In this document: positions 37,879 through 64,000 of the stretch, piece after piece
Position numbering within the stretch: position 1 is the stretch's first letter
How the letters are laid out: each line of letters opens with the position of its first letter
Assembly (NCBI GenBank): GCA_037447605.1
Contig: CM074807.1
Location: 310,001-374,000, forward strand
DNA length: 64,000 bases
Source: Zygnema circumcarinatum SAG 698-1b
Lineage: Eukaryota; Plantae; Zygnematophyceae
Direction of reading: 5' to 3'
Position numbers and translations under genes: made by a program
Notes under the pieces: generated by a model
Databases searched by the model: none
Told to the model about the DNA's origin: nothing
What the model saw: only the letters and a program-made list of their open reading frames with translations

Positions 37879-38947
37879 ATGGCTGCTCAGAGCTTGAAGC
37901 CAGGGCGGATTATGCATCTGGATGAGGTCTGTCGGCAAGGCGCCGCCACCCAAGGGATGTCCGTGCGAATCATGGGCCGGTATCTACTCCTCCGATTCTG
38001 CTGTTATTGAGTGTCAGCAATAAGTATAGCTTTTGGAAGGCTTTCAGTTGACATGCAGGACATGAGCGCAGAAAGACAGCCAGGAATTTTTCATCCACAC
38101 CTTCATGACTTTCTACCTTCATGTGTATGAAGGAAAGATTTTAGGGTTTGTTTGAATGAAGATGTACGTTCATCATCAGTTTCTACTCGAACCATATTCT
38201 GTTAGATTTTCTTCTCTATGTAATCTCTATTTATTGCCTCTGCTCAGGTCTGTCTGTTCCTGTCAGACTTTGTCGGGAAAACCTTCTAAATGTCACACGG
38301 ATCCTCGTTGTGTCCTATTTTCGCTTGTCCATGTTGTCGATGCATTGCAGTGTTCCTTACTCTCTTTGTGAGGGAAATAGAGGTGCTATTGGTGCAGGTT
38401 GGAGTCGTACAATGTGGAGACTGGGCACTGTCAGATTGCATACAAGGGAGAAAAGCTGACAGTGGATGTTAGTCATATATTGGGAGCTGCACTACGGCCT
38501 GGATCCCTATATCAGTTCATTGGTGAAATGGGCCGAGAACCAGCCATGGGGGCAAAGGAGCAGGCAAGATTGTGATCTCTTTCCTATCAGACCATCATTC
38601 CAACTCTTTTCTTTTCCTCTGATTTTGATATATTTCCGCTCCTTTTGTTTTTTGATGGTCCGATCCTGTTCGATCAAGGAGATAGTTGCTCTCCTTTCAT
38701 GCGTTCTCTCTTGCCTTCTCCTTTGCACTTCTCCTTCTGTTCAGGGACCATCTTAAAGGACAGGAAGCCTTCTCTGAATGCGATATATCTAACGAAACTG
38801 GCCTCCGTTGTATGATTACAGGAACAGTTCATACTGAGAGCTCGCATTGTGCGCAATGTAGATGGTCTCGACGAGGATCTCTACGAACAAGCAGTGATGC
38901 TAAGAAGGAAATTTGAGTCGGGCAAACATGCTGAGATAATGAGATAA
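37879..38947 (+). CDS. TEN1: CST complex subunit TEN1 (128 aa)
   Basis: Exons 37879-37979, 38398-38563 (GC donor) and 38828-38947. Translation: MAAQSLKPG..MHLDEV...GMSVRIMGRLESYNVETG...LTVD...RPGSLYQFIGEM...FILRARIVRNVDGLDEDLYEQAV.LRRKF. This matches plant TEN1 as recalled (GSIYQFIGEL, ILQAR..RNVDG.D..LY). None of the exons is called in its coding frame in the supplied ORF track. Confidence 0.88.
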
Positions 38948-39510
38948 ATACTCTAAGAAAGCAATGCCCAACTATGCATCCGAACACTTCAAACCCTCTT
39001 TGTGAGATATAAAGAATTGATTACTACATTGTAAACTCTCATTACTTCAATAAGGCACATTGCCTCTTCACGATGCTGGAGTCTCTTTTAACAGTAAAAA
39101 AGCACACAATAAAGGAAACATCTCCCTCTCCCTCTCCCTGCCCCTCGCCCTGCCCCTCTCCATTTCCCCTCCCTCTCCCCTCCTGCCTATCTCCCACTCC
39201 CCCGCTCTCAACTTTTCCAATATTTCAGGCAAACGATCCCAGAATATGAGTGACCTTTCATTAGCAACGACAGAGACGGGCGCCTTCATTCAGGGCCCAT
39301 CTTTTTATTTACAAATTCGGCCCTATGTCACAATTGGAGGCTCATTTCAACCCTAAGTTCAACAGATCCTTGACCACTTCCCAGCTTTGAAATTCTAATT
39401 TCAAAACTGCTTAACTGTCCAACCACGACTCTATGACTTCTGACCAGCCAAATCCTCCTATTTTCAATGTACCTGTGAACCCTAAAGGGCTAAAACAGGG
39501 CCCCCTTTCC

Positions 39511-51682
<12,172 letters not shown>

Positions 51683-52429
51683 AGCTCTATTGATGGCACC
51701 TCCCTACCCTTCTTCCTCTCTCTCTCTCTCTCTCCCTTCACACGCTCCTCGCGCTGTCCCTATCGCTCCTCTCTCTCTTACTCCTTTCCTGCCTACCTCC
51801 CTTCCACTTCCCCCCTCACTCCCTCTCCCTCTCCCTCTCCCTCCCCCTCTCCCTCCCAGCAAGCACCAGGGCGGCGGCGCCGCGAGCTTAAAAATATCCC
51901 CGAGCTCAGTGAGCTGCCTCGTGGCGCCCACTTTTCCGTTTGTCCATCAAGCGGGCAGAAGAAACATTTTACTTCACGCACGGGCAGCCCGTTCCCGCCG
52001 CCGGGCACCCAAAACCGATCCGCTGAAGAAAACGGGTTTAGGGTTTTGCGGCGCCGCCGCCGTACGGCCGCTCTTCCGGGCCGGGAAGGGGCGCCGCCTC
52101 CCTGAAAAGGCACCTGGGGGGATGCAGCCCCTGCAATTTTAAGGGCCCGCGGGGACCATGTTTTAAGGGGCCGCTCGTATGGAGCAAGGGGAGAGACATA
52201 GGCCGCGGCATTTTACATTGATGAAGGTCCGCGATTCGAACAAAAGGGGGGACAAGCTTGGGTTTGCGGTTTGCGGCTTTGTCGGTTTTCCGGCAGAATC
52301 TGGAAATTCGAAACTCACACTACTTTTTATTTAGGGAAAATCGATAAAAAGACAAAGCTGTGCACTAGATTCCAAAACGGCCTATCCTTTCTTCCGCTTT
52401 CTTTGGAGGGGGCGCCGCGAAACGATTGG

Positions 52430-53045
52430 ACGGGGAGCCACGTGGCCCAGCCACGTCACTTCTCCCGGACCCTTTTTTTACTGACACATGCCTACTCGAC
52501 GGCCACGATTTCATCTTGGGAGATCGGACGGCTGAGGAGTCTGTCGAGGCGTCGGCGTGGGCCCAGGCAGAGCCAATCACATCCGCCACGTCAGTGAATC
52601 GGCGCGCTCTGATTGGCTGAAATTTCCGACAAGCCAGCAGCTAAGCTGGCACTTCAAAATCAAGTCTCCCTTGGCGCGCCGCGGCGACCCGAAAAAAGGC
52701 AAATTCGTACAGCTGCTCGGTTGGAAACGGTTATCGTATCGACCCTCCCGAACGCTTTCTGTACATTCTGCACCTAGATGTACTTTATCTGTAATTGTAT
52801 GTACAGTACTGTACTTCATATGTACCTGACCGTATACAGGTTCAGATTTTTCTGTTCAGATACATGTACGAAAGATTCGCTACTGTACTGTACTGTACCT
52901 GCATTGGGTTTAGAATTCGTACATGTCCGTACTTTACTGTGCTCATAACCCACAGGAAAGTAAAACTTGGCTGTGCGTGCATTGCTGGGCGTGGGCGTAT
53001 CGTATTTCACTGTGTCGATACTGTAATCCGAAGCAAAAGTACGTT
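52430..53045. promoter_or_regulatory. Divergent promoter region (GLT1 / unknown gene) with G-box/ACGT motifs, a CCAAT box and a dense GTAC cluster
   Basis: gccacgtggc (~52437), gccacgtca (~52450 and ~52585), ctgattggctg (~52610), and 14 GTAC tetramers counted between 52707 and 53042. Confidence 0.55.
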
Positions 53046-53178
53046 CGGCTGTGCGATGATTGCCGGATGTGCGCGTATCGTGCTTTTAGGGCTAAGGGGC
53101 AGTCCTGGAGGGGAGACTGGGAAGGGACTCCCTCAGAAGGAGCGATGCCGGGGAGTGGGAGGAGGCTGGAACCCTGAA

Positions 53179-58108
<4,930 letters not shown>

Positions 58109-58527
58109 GGGAGAAGTATAGAGTGCGATCTGCTGTTGTTCACGACTGTATACAGAAAACAAGTGAAAACGAACTAAAAGCTAAGCTTGGAGAGAATTGT
58201 TCGTCCATGTGTTGAGTTGAGAGAAGCTGCCCTCGTCCTACGGGTGGACGGGTCGTTCTTTTGACATTGTTGACTTTGGAGAATCGTTCACTTTGCTGCT
58301 TGTGGCTGAGTGGAGGACAGATTCCTCACTGCGACCTCGCAGGCTCGAGCGTGCAGTGATGGGCTTTGTATGTGTTACGAGCATGAACACGCTCCTCGAC
58401 GATGACATTCAAGATGAAGATTATAATCACAAGCATAGGTAGCACATACGGGAACGCTCGTGTTGTTAAGGTGGCAAGTTTTCCTTTTACAACTGGAACC
58501 ATGTCGTGCCCACACATGCATAACTCT

Positions 58528-58701
58528 TAACCCTAACCCTAACCCTAACCCTAATCCTAACCCTAATCCTAACCCTAACCTTAACCCTAACCCTAACCCT
58601 AACCCTAACCCTAACTCTAACCCTAACCCTAACCCTAACCCTAACCCTAACCCTAACCCTAACTCTAACCCTAACCCTAACCCTAACCCTAACCCTAACC
58701 C
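58528..58701. repeat. Interstitial telomeric-type array (TAACCC)n / (TTAGGG)n, ~29 units with TAATCC, TAACCT and TAACTC variants
   Basis: Read directly; 174 bp, C-rich strand on +. Confidence 0.95.
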
Positions 58702-59410
58702 AGCCCGTACGACACTACCGCTCGAACGGATCTCGCCGGACGCCAACTCTGTAGCGTGTCGGCCACGCACATTTTCCACATGGCGCCATCCCATTGGTTT
58801 ACCTGACGTGGAAGCCCGGATGCGCGCTACGTGGCATCCAGCTTGCGCAAGCGGGCAGCGGCGCCGCGATTTGGCCGCGGTGCCGTACGATTTGTACAGT
58901 TGGTACGATCGCGGGGAGGCTACGAGGCGCCGCAACCGGCCGACGTGGATCATTTTTTCATCATTTTTTTTGGGAAAATGCTATTCACACACCCTTTTCG
59001 TCTAGATGCGCACCTTTTTTCGCCGGTCATATTTTATTTTAGGCTTCTCATGGTATTGGGGGTAATTTTTTAAGAAAAAAGTGTGTGTACATATACAAAA
59101 AGGTGTGTAAACTGTAATTCCCTTGTTTTGCTCGAATCTGCCACGCTGGATTGAATGGACCAATGGGAGGAAGCCAAAATTCCGGCGCCGACAATTTTGC
59201 GCCGTATACGACCGTACAGGTCTGTTTGGAGCGTCGTCTTGCGGCGGTGAAGTTCGAACTGCGGACGAACTTTTGAAGGGGGCAGTTCGCGCACTGAAGC
59301 GCTCGGACTGGGCGGTATAAATAGAGGAGAAACAGAAATTTGGAGAATAGGGAGGGAGGGAAAGGGAGGGAAAGGGAGGGGAGGGGAGGGGAGGGGAGGG
59401 GAGGGGAGGG

Positions 59411-59420
59411 NNNNNNNNNN
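59411..59420. other. Assembly gap (10 N) within a GGGGA/GGGA polypurine tract
   Basis: nnnnnnnnnn in the sequence. Confidence 0.99.
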
Positions 59421-59751
59421 GGGGAGGGGTGGGGAGGGGCTGGGGAGGAAAAGGGAGGGGAGGTGGAAGAGAAGGGCCTGAGAGAATAGGGAGAGAGTGG
59501 AGTAGATAGGGAGGGAAGGAGGGCGTGAGGGAGGGAGGGAAGGGGAGAGGGCCAGGGAGAGAGAGACGGAAAACCAGAGAACGAGCAGAGAGGCGGGTGT
59601 TTGAGAGGAGAGGTGGTGGAATCGATAGGGAGGGAGAGGAGAGGGAGAGAGATAGAGGGAAAGGGAGAGAGAGGGAGAAGAGGGAGAGGACGAGGGAGGG
59701 CGGACATGGTGAATCCCCCGTCCTCCTCATCACCATCAAATTGATTTTACA

Positions 59752-64000
<4,249 letters not shown>

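Noticed and set aside
38744-38800. Possible extra TEN1 exon after ttctgttcag
   Set aside because: It has a stop codon (TAA) in the required phase.
58375-59005. Poly-(Asn-Pro) / poly-(Gly-Leu) ORFs
   Set aside because: Translations of the TAACCC array, with no coding features around them

Overview
Eukaryotic, intron-rich nuclear DNA from a green plant lineage. A streptophyte, probably a charophyte-grade alga, is inferred from plant-type CRR1, NADH-GOGAT, NAGS and Tify/PHD/GNAT genes with short GT-AG introns full of CT/GA tracts. I spliced ten protein-coding genes by hand. In order they are: (-) a large Tify-binding/PHD/GNAT chromatin protein with a ~5 kb tail exon; (+) a stand-alone MoCF/CinA-type molybdopterin-binding-domain protein; (-) CRR1 (DapB-like NDH factor); (+) NRPB7; (+) TOM40; (+) an orphan secreted protein; (-) STN1; (+) TEN1; (-) NADH-GOGAT; (+) an unidentified large helical protein. 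An eleventh gene, (+) NAGS, runs off the window end. The main observations are: (1) STN1 and TEN1, the two small subunits of the telomeric CST complex, lie head-to-head with start codons 323 bp apart; (2) NADH-GOGAT has an extra spliced C-terminal tail with a Cys pair and CP12-like spacing; (3) an intron of the MoCF gene holds a candidate poison exon whose ends fall in two mutually exclusive hairpins; (4) there is a ~29-unit interstitial TTAGGG array; (5) the PHD-GNAT tail carries eight AT-hook-like repeats. All exon boundaries were read by eye, and protein family comparisons are from memory, not from a database search.
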